DNA of 64,000 nucleotides from Elsinoe ampelina (taxonomy: Eukaryota). Under the pieces are notes generated by a model, which saw nothing but the letters and a program-made list of their open reading frames with translations, ran no database searches and had not been told where the DNA came from. Where the stretch lies: NCBI GenBank assembly GCA_010093995.1, contig ML992508.1:778506-842505 (forward strand), written 5' to 3'. Positions within the stretch are counted from its first letter, which is position 1; the number at the start of each line of letters is the position of its first letter. Shown piece after piece: positions 46,619 through 58,099 of this stretch. Both the position numbers and the translations under genes were made by a program.

Positions 46619-48153
46619 ATGGTGGAAGACAAGTGAGGAGCTTGAGTTTTGACTTGCGCATATGGTTCGCTGACGTCTATCCAGATACATCGGATTGTCG
46701 CTGGCCGTCACTTCGACCCTTGCTATCGGTACGAGCTTCTCAATCGAGTCGGTAGAGTCGCCCCATAGCTAACCTGAACGACCAGGCTCAAGTTTTGTGA
46801 TTACGAAAAAGGGCCTCATAGATGCGAACGAACGACATGGCTTTGAAGGAGATGGATTCTCATACCTCAAGAGCCCGATATGGTGGGGAGGCATTATTAC
46901 CATGGTCATCGGAGAAATCGCCAATTTCGCTGCATACGCATTCGCGCCCGCAATTCTGGTAACACCACTAGGAGCACTGAGCGTTCTCATCGGAGCTGTA
47001 CTCGGCGCATACTTCCTTGGAGAGCGACTAGGGACACTCGGCAAACTTGGTTGCGCGACATGTCTGATCGGGTCGGTCGTGATCGTTCTACACGCGCCGC
47101 CAGATAAGGATGTCCAGACGATTGACGAGATTCTAAATTATGCGATTCAGCCAGGTGGGGATATCTCATTCTTGAGGAGAGATCGTGGGGTTGACATTCG
47201 CAGGCTTCCTCTTCTACGGGCTCTTCGTTATTGTATTCGCAACTGTCATGATCTATTTTGTTGCGCCAAAATACGGTCGGAAGAACCCACTCATCTATTT
47301 GAGCATTTGCAGCACCGTCGGAAGCATCTCCATCTGCGCAGTCAAGGGTCTCGGCATTGCTCTCAAGCTCACTTTTGCTGGGAGCAACCAGCTGACACAT
47401 CCCTCGACTTACGTCTTCCTAATCGTGACCATCGTTGCGATCATGACCCAGATGAACTACTTTAACAAGGCGCTTTCGCAGTTCAGCACAAACATGTAGG
47501 TCTTGTATTCAGGAATAACACGCACGGAGACTGACTAGACCAGCGTCAATCCCTTATACTACGTGACATTCACGACATGCACGCTCCTGGCGTCTTTCAT
47601 CCTCTTCCAGGGCTTCAACACGACTGACACTGTAAACACGATATCTCTGCTCTGTGGTTTCCTCGTCATCTTCTCTGGTGTCTACCTTCTCAACCTCTCC
47701 CGTGACGATCCTGATGGTCGCAAGAACATGCTTGCTGCAGGCAACTCACGCTACGAGATTGATGGCATCCCGACCGACGCCATGGCCGCACCCTTGACGA
47801 GAAGATCAATGCAAGCCCGGAGATCAGGAGACTCGCATTCACGATCCGGCAGTCTCAACTTCGGCTCTCCCGATGACAGACGGAAGATTCAAGAACGACT
47901 TATGCACAACTACGACGTCGAGCGTGCAAGCGAAGACAGATACGGCCTGAGCGACCTCGCAGAAGACGAAGAAGACGACGATGCCTCTGGCGGCAGCGGC
48001 AAGAAACGCACCAGCTTCGACAGAGCCGGACTTGCCGCCAATGGACGACTATCTGGCGCTGGAGCGCGACGAATGAACGGCGGCAAGCTTTTAGATCTAG
48101 AAGACGGCAAAGAGTCACCGAAGCGGAAAAGTAGCCGGGATTCACGACGATAG
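46619..48153 (+). CDS. NIPA-family magnesium transporter, 5 exons
   Basis: MVEDK|YIGLSLAVTSTLAIG|SSFVITKKGL...YLKSPIWWGGIITMVIGEIANFAAYAFAPAILVTPLGALSV...QMNYFNKAL..F..N|VNPLYYVTFT. Confidence 0.92.
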
Positions 48154-48795
48154 TGATGCTGTTTGCATGTATGAGGCATGAATTGGTATAGACTCCCGCA
48201 TCAAGGGATGAGCCATTGGGTGGCAATTTTGCATTTGAGCATTGGGACAGGGCAAAGCGAATAGCTAGCGAGGGCGTTGTATACTATATCATCTGTCCTG
48301 GTGATGGATTGAATGAAAAAGTGGTATTGCTTTGTGCATGTTCTCACACTCTGCCCCTGTGTGATTACCATGTTGCACGCCTGAAGGCAGTGCCTTCTTC
48401 AGACCTTCTAGCGTCGAAGTCTACATCCTGCTGGCGGAGCGGACGGCTCAGCCACGGCACGTTGTCGATCGCGGGATGGAGATTGTCGTCATGATCTGCT
48501 ATGAGGGGAAGCCTTGCGGAAGACCATCTCTGATACTGTTGGAATCGAAAGTAGGTGAGTATTGGCGTGTATGTCATCAAACATGAGTGTGGTGAATTGC
48601 TACACTGCAGGGAAAGAATGTTACCTCGGTAGTGAATCATTCACGTCTATATGGAAAAGAACCACGAGATGCATGAACAGGGTGAGCAAGTAGGTAGAAA
48701 CGATAGTCGTTCTGATGCTATTCGTATCCAATCATCGCTATCCACCTTTACTGATACAGCTCATTAAGTCGTCATGTCTTTCCCCTCATCTCCGC

Positions 48796-49641
48796 CTATG
48801 CAAAGTACACGATACTCCCTACTGTAGCGAGCATCATCCACCAACCGCTGAACTCGCCAAAGCCACCCAGCTTCACCGCGCCAGAAGAAACGACATCGTC
48901 GTCCGTTCCTCCAGGTGCAGTCGTGCCATTCGGTAGCGAGCCGTTGATGACAAGTGTTTGCGTGCCGTTCAGATCAACCACGCGAGCTAGAGTCTGGTTG
49001 AGACCTGTCCCGTTGCCTACGATGCCGTCGAGGTAGCTCCTGTCCCCGTTATCGTCGCAGCCGCAGGATTGATACTGGCCGCACCAGCATTGGACAGGGA
49101 TGGACTCGTTGGTTGCGTTATTGCGCGAGACGTTACGGAAAGAATAAGGGCTTGAATAGGGATAAGCGAAAGCCCCGTAGGCCCAGAGACCACCGAACGC
49201 GAGCGCTGGTGCAGCGATGAAGAGTGGGTTGATGCGAGCGCGAGGTGATGCTACGCCTGCGCTGTAAGGAACGGCCGCGCCGCCACCGTAGTATCGACCT
49301 CCACCGTAGCTAGGAGCAGGACCTGATCCTCGTGATGTTGAGCCTCCTACATTCGAGCCGGAGCCTGTGCGGGCTGATGTGCCTGTTGAGCCTGAGGAGC
49401 CGGTCGAGCCTCGCGAGCCACTGGAACCACTGGAACTGCTAGAACTTCCAGATGAACTTCCTCCACGGCCTCCTCCGCCTCCTCCTCCACCTCCACCTTT
49501 GCGCTTGATGAGATCAGACTGGTGTGGGATAGATTCGGATATTAGGTCGCGGATGGCGAGGGCGGCAGAGTCTGGGATGACCGAAGCGCTGGTTGTGGAT
49601 GTGATGCCGTATAGGCAGAGAAGGTATGATGCGACCTTCAT
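48796..49641 (-). CDS. Secreted or GPI-anchored glycine-rich protein
   Basis: Signal peptide MKVASYLLCLYG; KR followed by a poly-Gly/Ser tract; YGGGRYYGGGAAVPYSAG; CWCGQYQSCGCDD; hydrophobic C-terminus. Confidence 0.75.
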   Translation of the reverse strand: MKVASYLLCLYGITSTTSASVIPDSAALAIRDLISESIPHQSDLIKRKGGGGGGGGGGRGGSSSGSSSSSSGSSGSRGSTGSSGSTGTSARTGSGSNVGGSTSRGSGPAPSYGGGRYYGGGAAVPYSAGVASPRARINPLFIAAPALAFGGLWAYGAFAYPYSSPYSFRNVSRNNATNESIPVQCWCGQYQSCGCDDNGDRSYLDGIVGNGTGLNQTLARVVDLNGTQTLVINGSLPNGTTAPGGTDDDVVSSGAVKLGGFGEFSGWWMMLATVGSIVYFA

Positions 49642-50284
49642 ATTTGTGATACTCTGATCGTGTCTGTGGTTGTTGGAGAGATGTATAGTCTGTTGGAGAG
49701 ATGTGTTCGTCCTTGAAGTAGGGTGAGCGGAGTATGTGAATATAGGTGTGGTCAAAAAAGTGACAGGGGTATGACGATTTAGATATTTAACCCAAGGAAT
49801 TTTCGGGGACTGTGACAGATGCAAGATGAGATCAATCTCTAGGCAAAGGCTATGAAGTAACCAACCACCGTTCTCAGCCTGCCACAGCCTCTTGATTGGT
49901 TAGGTCTCACTTCGCAGTCTGCACTGCCAGAAAACAGAGTCCCTGCGCCCCGATCAGCAGACCCAAAACCGCGGTGAGGCAATGCGGCTGCAGGCGAGGC
50001 CAGACACGGTTTGAACGGCATCTCATTGCTTGTCCATCATGACCCGTTGCCGGCGCCACATGTCCCCGCGAACGAAAATGCACAAGCCACAGTGAAGCCC
50101 TGCAGCACTCTCCAAATGTGATGTTGCCAAGACCTGGAGAAGGTGTTTACGCTTTGCGAAGATCGGATAATCGAACGCGCCTGGTATCCACCACAAAGGC
50201 AGTGAACCTTCCTGCCTGAGACATCTCTGCCTTTCGCTGTATCTACACGTCGATCAGGTACGCTTCCACCGCGACCGGCCAGCA

Positions 50285-51330
50285 ATGCCTTCGCCGGACC
50301 AGATCAAGACGGCACTCTTAACCGAGCACTTTCGGTACACACCTCTGGTAAGGCAGACTTCAGGCAAGCCAAAGTCTGGTTGACTGACCATGCGCAGACA
50401 CTGCTAGACGACATCATCAACTCCGTCAATCAGCTGGTATTCGAGGCAGTCAACCAGATCGAGGAGAGCCTGCTCAATGCCGACACCGAGACACTGGGCT
50501 TCACGAAGCAAGAAGGCATAAGCGATGAGGATTTTGATGCGATCGCACGCACAGAGGTCGAGGCTGGCATCGTACAACTGGAGAGTCTCCTCAACTCCGT
50601 GATAGACAAGAACTTTGACAAGCTGGAGATCTACACGCTGAGGAATCTGCTCACGGTGTCGAACGTCAAGGAAGAAGAGGGGCTCGAGAACTGGATCGTG
50701 CTGGACCACTACCGCGACCTGAAAGAGCCGAGCGATGCTGCTATGGGAGATGCGACAATGGAAAGCTTTGAGACCTTGCGCAAGCAGGTACAGGAGACGG
50801 ACAAGCTTCATCGCGCCCTCAAGGCAGAGGTTGCGCGTAACGAGGCACTTCTTGCGAAGTTAAGACCACTTGGACTTGACGGTCAAGGATCCCGACAATC
50901 AATAGGTGGAATCGATCAGTCATTGAACTCAGTGACTTCGAACGGCATACCGGAGGCATCATCTTTCTCATTCTTATCGTCAGTGCCGGCGGCATCGGAG
51001 CTCGAGATCATCACGAAACGAGAATCGCGACCTCTGACTCAAAATACAAAGTTCACGCTGGCGCAACTACCAGCCTTGAAGAAATTGCTTGAGGACTTGA
51101 GGCCACATCTAGCCAGCGTACCTAGACCGGGCCCGGGAAGTGAAGCGCAAAGGACAAGAGACGCATATATCGAGAGTCAAAGCCGGAAGGCCATGGCTAG
51201 GAATGGCGTAGAACCTGGTCAGAGTGGCGATGCAGTTCCGGGCAGACCGGTCACAGCGGAAGAGGTGAAAGCATTAGAAACCATTGCGGATGCCCTCGGT
51301 GGTGCATCCAATACTCGCATGGAGGAGTGA
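50285..51330 (+). CDS. MIS12: Kinetochore protein Mis12/Mtw1; intron 50348-50397
   Basis: LLTEHFRYTPL|TLLDDIINSVN...EVEAGIVQLESLLNSVIDKNFDKLEIYTLRNLL. Confidence 0.9.
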
Positions 51331-52132
51331 GGGTGAACGGGCGGGGCTGATTTTTGACGGGTTGCATACGGATCCCCATTCAGCGTCGAACGCATGCAGG
51401 TGCCACAAAACAGCAAGGGGACGAATTTGGACGTTCCACTGACATGCTGGCTTCCATTGAAGACTTCGATGCACGAGAAAGCAGGATTACGGATATACAC
51501 TGAGACATGGGCAGGACTATCCGCGGCATACGGACGGATCGAAGTGGCAGGAATGGCAAGGTTTTTGGCGTACGAAGCGTGGCGTGGCTTCCGAAGACAC
51601 GAACATGGATGATAGGCTTGGTCCTGGCACGCAAGCGATTAATGTCCGCTGACGACGTGCGTGGTGAGGAGACAGACGGGTGCATTCATCATTGTGAAGA
51701 ACTCGTGTGTGATGAGAATGGAAATACTTGACCACTTCTTCAACCCAGTCATCCCCCCTTGTGCTCGCATGCTCGGATGATCCAAAAATCTGACAGGCGC
51801 AGGGCAAAGCGTGTGTTCAAAAGCGTGTGCCTCGTGCGGAGCAGACCAATCGGAATCTCTGGGAGTCTGGGCATTGCCCGCGGTGACGTCGTCGTCCTGC
51901 AGGCAGCTCAAAGGCTCCACCCGGCAGCTCTCCAGGACAACCCGGCGCATTCACTTTGCTCTGCTAGTTCAAGACATTCTAGCTCGCCTCCTCAGCTCGT
52001 TCGAGCACTCGCCGCTCTTACAGATGTTTCACTGAGAAAATTGCTTCTCACGAGCACCTCTCTGGACTCGACATGAATCCCCCGCTATAGGAAAAACGCT
52101 ACAGCCGACGCCCGCCTTTCTCAGCCGCAGCC

Positions 52133-54259
52133 ATGGCGGCACAACAGACAACTTTCTGGGAGAAGACGAAGAGCGGAGGAAAGGTCGGGTTTGACAAGCT
52201 GTATGCATTGGTTGACAAGCTGGGTCCCCCGGTCAATCGACTGAGCAACAAGTTGGGAAGCGAGGCTTTTTGGCCCACGACTATGGACAAAGAATGCGAC
52301 AAGGCCGCGAGGATTTTGAAGAGCTTTTGCAGTATGTGGGATGACCATAGTCGAGCCGTTGGAAACGTCTGACACAAACGCAGAAGATGGCTTCTATGCG
52401 GAGGAGGAAAGGCCGTCAGCGGATGGTCCCAAGGCAAAGCAAAGGGTGTTGATGGAAATACCGGCTGAGGTACGACTACTGCATACTCAACGCTTATGTC
52501 TGCTAATACCATGTAGGTGATACAAAATGCTGTTGGTCTCGCCATATTCACCACCATGCGCACCGGACTGTGGATTGGAGGATCGGGCGGATCAGGTGTC
52601 CTGGTCGCCCGCAAAGCTGACGGCAGCTGGTCTTCACCCTCGGGGATTCAAGTGCAAACACTGGGCCTCGGATTTCTGGTAGGTGTGGACATCTATGACT
52701 GCGTCTTGGTCATCAACAATCAAAAAGCACTCGAGGCCTTTACCCGAGTAAGGACAACAATAGGAGGAGATCTGAGCGTATCAGCGGGGCCATTCGGCAT
52801 GGGCGGAATGGTCGAGTCGGAAGTTCACAAGCGACAAGCACCCATATTCAACTACATCAAGTCGAGAGGATTCTATGCCGGAGTTCAGATCGATGGTACA
52901 TTAGTCATTGAGCGTAACGACGAGAACGAGCGCTTCTATGGAGAGAAGATCACAGCACAAGATATTCTCAAGGGCAAAGTGCGGCATCCCCCATACGAAT
53001 GCAGAGGTTTGTACGAGACACTCAAAGCAGCCGAAGGATCGAGTCATGATGCGACACTGCTACCCCAGGAAGCTCCTCCCTCAGATTTTGAGATCGAGCA
53101 GGAAGGGCATGTCTTTGGTGTGCCGGACAAGGATGATCCGGATCCATACGGCGTACTTCAGCTGGAAAAGGAGGGATTGGTGATACGAGAAGCAGGGACT
53201 CAAAAGCGAGCAAGTTGGGAACAATTCACCTTTTCCCCAGCCGTCACAAGTCCGGTCTACGACACCTTCGATCGTCGAAGCAATCGTGACAGCAGAAGCC
53301 CAGCTATCAGTAGGAGGGGTAGCTGGATGACAAACTCTCACTCACAAGCTTCGACGGCTTTCACAAACGGTGCTGGCGAGCGGCGACTGTCGAACAATTC
53401 GCTCAAAACACCTGTGCCGATGGCGGACATGTCAACACAGACAGACGATTTACCACCACCGCCAACAAGTCCAGGTCGTCAAAGCTTCCGTACGAGTACG
53501 ATGAGCAGTCAGCGACCTTCGATGGACTTTATTCCCGAAGACACTGTAGCACCGCCGTCACCGTCAGCTCATTCGCGATCTGGCTCATGGACTGCTCGGA
53601 AGCGAAGCCCACCGTCTATGCTTTCACAGCCTTCGACACCGCCAACCAGATCCTCCATATCAGAGGATGAAGCGCAACCAGGAGCGGTAGCCCATATGTC
53701 TGACGCCAATGACGCAGATGCAGAAGACACCAACGATGATCTCGATGATGACGAACCTGTCGTCGTTGAAGCACCTGTCGTTCAGACGATCCAAACCGCT
53801 GCAGCTCCCAAAGTGCTACAAAAGGCGAGGATGGTGACAGTACCGAAGCGTGGACCCCCACCCGCGCTACCGCCGCGAAACCCAGACAGACGCAGTGGTC
53901 CGTACGTGGTTAACGGGGAGCGACCCGAGAGCAGAGCCAGTAATGCTTCTGCTCCCAAATCTCCAGCTTCCATTCCCGCCATCACTACTTCGCCTCTGGA
54001 CGAGGACGCGTACGGCTCCGGTCAGAGCGCTGTCGATGCGTACCTCGACGATTTGCACAATGGAACCGCTTCGACGGGTCCGTCACCGGCAGACACACCC
54101 GGCATGACCCCCGGAGAGTCTCGGGATCCCTGGTCAGGCATTTTGGCTCAGCATAGTAGTGTCAACAACAGCCAGCAAAGTTTGGATGTTCCTGGCGCAT
54201 TCCAGTCATTTCCGACTACTCCGGCTGAGGAGAAGCAACATCCTACTATCAAACCATAG
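52133..54259 (+). CDS. Ysc84/Lsb3-like SYLF (DUF500) domain protein; introns about 52332-52384 and 52470-52516
   Basis: KLGSEAFWPTTMDKECDKAARILKSFC; GSGVLVARKADGSWSSPSGI; KSRGFYAGVQIDGTLVIERNDENERFYG; Pro-rich tail (PPPALPPRNP). Confidence 0.88.
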
Positions 54260-54522
54260 CTGTTCGTAACTTTTCGTGGATTTCGCACATCATTCTTGGG
54301 TTTTATCTTCTTGGACATTTCAAAAGCGAGGTGTTGGGTTTAGGGAGGGCATGCTACATTCCCACATCATGACGGATAACGCTACACGGAAATCACTTCT
54401 CGCCTTTATGATACCGGGCATAGTTCATGCATTAGACATCTCACGTAGCTCACGCAGCGTTGAATTATACTTTCATCGTCGCCCCGTAACATCCTTATCG
54501 TCCATTTCTCTTTCCCGTATAA

Positions 54523-56479
54523 TCACCTGCTCCCACCAACTCGTCTCATCACAACGTCAAAAGGTGGCCACCTGATTTCGACCTCACCATCCCTCTCCAC
54601 CGTCACAATCTTACTCAACGGCCACCCATTCGCATCCGCATACCCATCAAAATCGAACCAGTCACACTCCTCCAACTCCGGTATCATTCGCCAAACACTC
54701 GCCCCCTCGCCAAACTCCGCCCTCTCTCCCTCTCCTTCCGCCGGGTTCAATCCCACCCCTCCCTCCGCGCTGAAGAACCTCCCCTGACTCTCCTCCGTCC
54801 AACCCAATCGATCCACCCCCTCCAACGCATTCGTCCCATTCACCCACATCTCCCTGAGAAACAGCCCTCCCCTCTCGACCTCAACCCTCGCATACGAAGT
54901 CCCATTCCCATTCCCCCCTCCAACCTCCTCACTAACCAACCCCGTATCCTCCGCCCCAGCATACATCCCCGCGTACCTATCCCGCATCACCTCGCCCACC
55001 GCCCTCCCCACCGCCGGCGCCAAAATCCCATGCACCGCATCCCTGATCCCCGTCGGCGACAGTCTCACGTACGCCCCTCCCGCCGCCTGCGCCTCGGCGG
55101 TCAAGACCACAATCCCGTAACCTAAATTCGGCACCACATCAACCCACGAGTGATAACCCCCTCCATCCCCCGACTTGCCGTGGGCCCAGTACGTCTTGCC
55201 CTGCACCTCCGCCTCGACACGCGCGATTTCGAACCCAAAGCCCACCTGCTGCTTCCCGTCCGGCAACAGCAATCTCGGCTGGAGGACATTGCGCCTCTGG
55301 ACAGATGTGATGAGCTCGGGTGCGGGGGCGATGTAGTTGTGCATGTACTTCACCAGATCGGAGGCGGAGGACCAGAGGCCGCCTGCCGGGTCGTAGCCTG
55401 GACCTATCTGGAGGGAAGACCAGTTGGGGCCGCCCGGGACGATGGTCTGGGGGAGGAGGGAGGCGGGGACGGGGCCGAAGAAGGAGTGGGTCATGTTGAG
55501 GGGGGAGAGGATGGAGTGGGTCGCGAAGGAGGACCAGGTTTGGTTGAGGGAGTGGAGGAGGTTGTGCTGGTGGGAGGCGGTGACTGGGTGGGTTAGCAGG
55601 GGGGAAACAGAGGGGGGGGTGGAGAGGGGGAGAGGTACTGGCTAGAAGGCACATGCCGGCGTTGGAGTCTGGAGGTGTTAGCTGGCGGACGGGGAAGGGG
55701 GGGTGGAGAGGGGGCAGGCATACAGGCTGCTCGTTGGCCGGGGGCGAACATGAGGGGTCGGGTCTTGAATGATTCGATGAGGCTTTCGGGGGTCACGCTG
55801 GCCCATTCTGCACCGATGGTTTCGGCGGTGGCTTTGGATTGTGCGACGACCATGTTGTAATCTGTCACGTAGCCCTCACGAGGGAGGCCTGAGCTATGCG
55901 TCCCTAGCATGGAGAGGGTGATCTCGCTGCCTCCATTACGCCAGTCGATATCTGGTAGTCCGAATGATGGGAGTATCCGCCGGACTGGTGTGTCGAGGGT
56001 GAAAGCAGATTCGGAGCCACGCTGTCGACTCTCGTTTTCCACTACCAGGGCTGAGAAGGTGGCGATGTTTTTCGACACGGAGAGCACGCGGAAGATCGAG
56101 TCGGAGTCGACCTGCAATGTGCTGTTCACGGTTGAATTGCTTCCTGTCTCGTTGAAACGCCGCGGCCCATGGTTGAATGCGAATGCAGGCTCGGGTGATG
56201 ATGCATGGACCTGTCCCTCTTGTTAAATCAATGCTCGAGCTCGGGCCAGTCCTGACCTACCACAGCGAAGCTCAAGGCATCACGAGTGTTCTCCGTGAAC
56301 AGAGCCGACAGGTTACGCTCGACTTCCTTGAATGCTTCTACTACTGCTGGATGCTGGGCAATTGCTGAATCTGATAGTAGAGCAGAGGGGAAGTCGGGAA
56401 TGCACGATGACACAACAGCTGAGATCAGATAGGAGAAGACAATTGAGGCTCGCAAGAATGAAAACAAGATGCCACACAT
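54523..56479 (-). CDS. Secreted beta-lactamase/penicillin-binding-like serine hydrolase, 4 exons
   Basis: Signal peptide; FRVLSVSK (SxxK); LGTHSSGL; spliced YSN motif; PAGGLWSSASDLVKY; HGKSGDGGGY. Confidence 0.85.
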
Positions 56480-56988
56480 GATTGCGTGGAGGTATGGCCC
56501 CGTCCTTGCACTCACCTTGGGAGGAATCCTGGTAGTCACAGCGGAGGATGACCTAGCTTTGTTGCTTTATATGTATTACGTCCTCATCACTTGGCCTCAA
56601 TTTGACTTCTCAGGTCTATTCGTGCTTATCGGTAGGGAAATCAGTGGGGGCAGAGATGCTGATCATTCGCCAGCAAGGAGAAGGTGAGGCAGGGGTGGGG
56701 TTGGCAAGACTTCGCTGCCCCAAGTTGCAACTCTTTCACCGTCGTGCAGCCGGAGGGTTCCGCCAAAACAGTCAAAACCGTCAAAACGCTCAAACCCAGG
56801 GTTTATTACTACACTACCTTTTTGCGCACTAACTACACCACCTAATACAATAATTACTATTGCAATTAACAGCTCTTATGGCCCTCTATCGATTAATGTA
56901 AGTTTTATTATCTTATTATATATATTTATTATTTTATAGCTTAGTGTTATATAAAAATTAGATATAGTAGTTCTCTATACCTTCCTTC

Positions 56989-57451
56989 TATCACGAACCG
57001 TCCAAACACAGCCTACGCTAGTGGTCTAAGCTAAGCTAAGAACGAGGTAGTTCTACTTCTATAGTAGTATAGCACTAAGGTAAGAGTTAAAGAAGATATA
57101 TCTTATAGATAATAAAGTACAATTAGATAGTATTATAAGGGCCAGCCTTAGCAATACTAGTGTTTGCTATCTAGACGAGGTTAACTATAGTACTTATATA
57201 AGGTAAGGACTACTCTTATATATATATATTCTTCCCTATATACTCTATATACTCTATATACTTTATAGCGAGAGTTAGGGGCAATATAGAGTATACGTCC
57301 GCTAGTAACCTATGTGCTCTATAGTCCCTAAGGTAGAGCCGCTAGAGAAGATAGAGAACTAGGTAAACGTCAGGCTAGGTTACGTAATAACCTTAGTAGT
57401 TTAATTAGTCCTAATGTCTCTATACTTTAGCTGTCCTACTAGTTTGTAATA
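56989..57451 (-). repeat. 3' LTR (463 bp) of the Gypsy element
   Basis: Starts TATCACGAAC (from TGTCACGAAC) and ends GTTTGTAATA (RIP'd GTTCGTGACA), giving a 10-bp terminal inverted repeat. Adjacent TTACTCTTCTCCCTT is the polypurine tract on the minus strand. Confidence 0.85.
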
Positions 57452-57525
57452 TTACTCTTCTCCCTTAATTAAGTTATTCTAATAAGTAAGTATCCTTTCT
57501 TGTCCTTATGCGCTATATACTAAAC

Positions 57526-58060
57526 ATGTCTCCTAGTTATTAAAGGTATAGTAAATCTAGTATATCTATACGAAAGAACCTCTCGGAGTTTATTAAATTA
57601 TTTAGAACTAACATGCTATAAGCTTACTCTCGTTGTAAGTCGAAAGGGCTAGACTATAAAGTCTACGTTTAGTTAGGTATTTATAGCTAGTATGTCGCGA
57701 GTAACTACTTGAGTTATAATATTTAGGTAATAAAATCGAAATAGTAGCGTCTCTAGTCTAAGTATATTCGTTTACGAAAGGAATTAGTTATAGCTAAGAC
57801 TACTAGAAAGAAAGCTAAAGAAGCTTATAAAAAGGTAAAAGAGGCTTATTAAAGAGCTATAGGCGATAAGCTTTGCCTACGTAAAGAGATATAAAAGTTA
57901 GAGAATAAGGCGAAGAAAGTAATCTCTCTAGAGAAGACTCGTATTTAAGTCCTAGAGTAGAAGAAAATACTATTGTTAGTAGATCTTGTCCTACTATAGG
58001 ACTAGTAATTATTTATGTCTAACTCTAACTAGGGTTCTCTATTTAGCAACGATTAAGGTG
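57526..58060 (+). pseudogene. RIP-degraded antisense ORF in the retrotransposon: Zn(II)2Cys6-like cluster plus coiled coil
   Basis: One frame from ATG 57526 with the pattern Y-x2-C-x6-Y-x8-Y-x2-Y-x7-Y, where every Y codon is TAT/TAC (one G>A from TGT/TGC). A K/E/A/R heptad-rich segment follows. All stops read (to about 57960) are TAA/TAG; the 3' limit is approximate. Confidence 0.65.
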
Positions 58061-58099
58061 CTTCTATTAGCTAAGCGATCTTCCTTAGGCATTCTTATT

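Noticed and set aside
57381..57390. CGTAATA as the LTR end, which would imply tandem elements sharing an LTR
   Set aside because: The repeat continues past it; a better 10-bp TIR with an adjacent PPT lies at 57442-57466.
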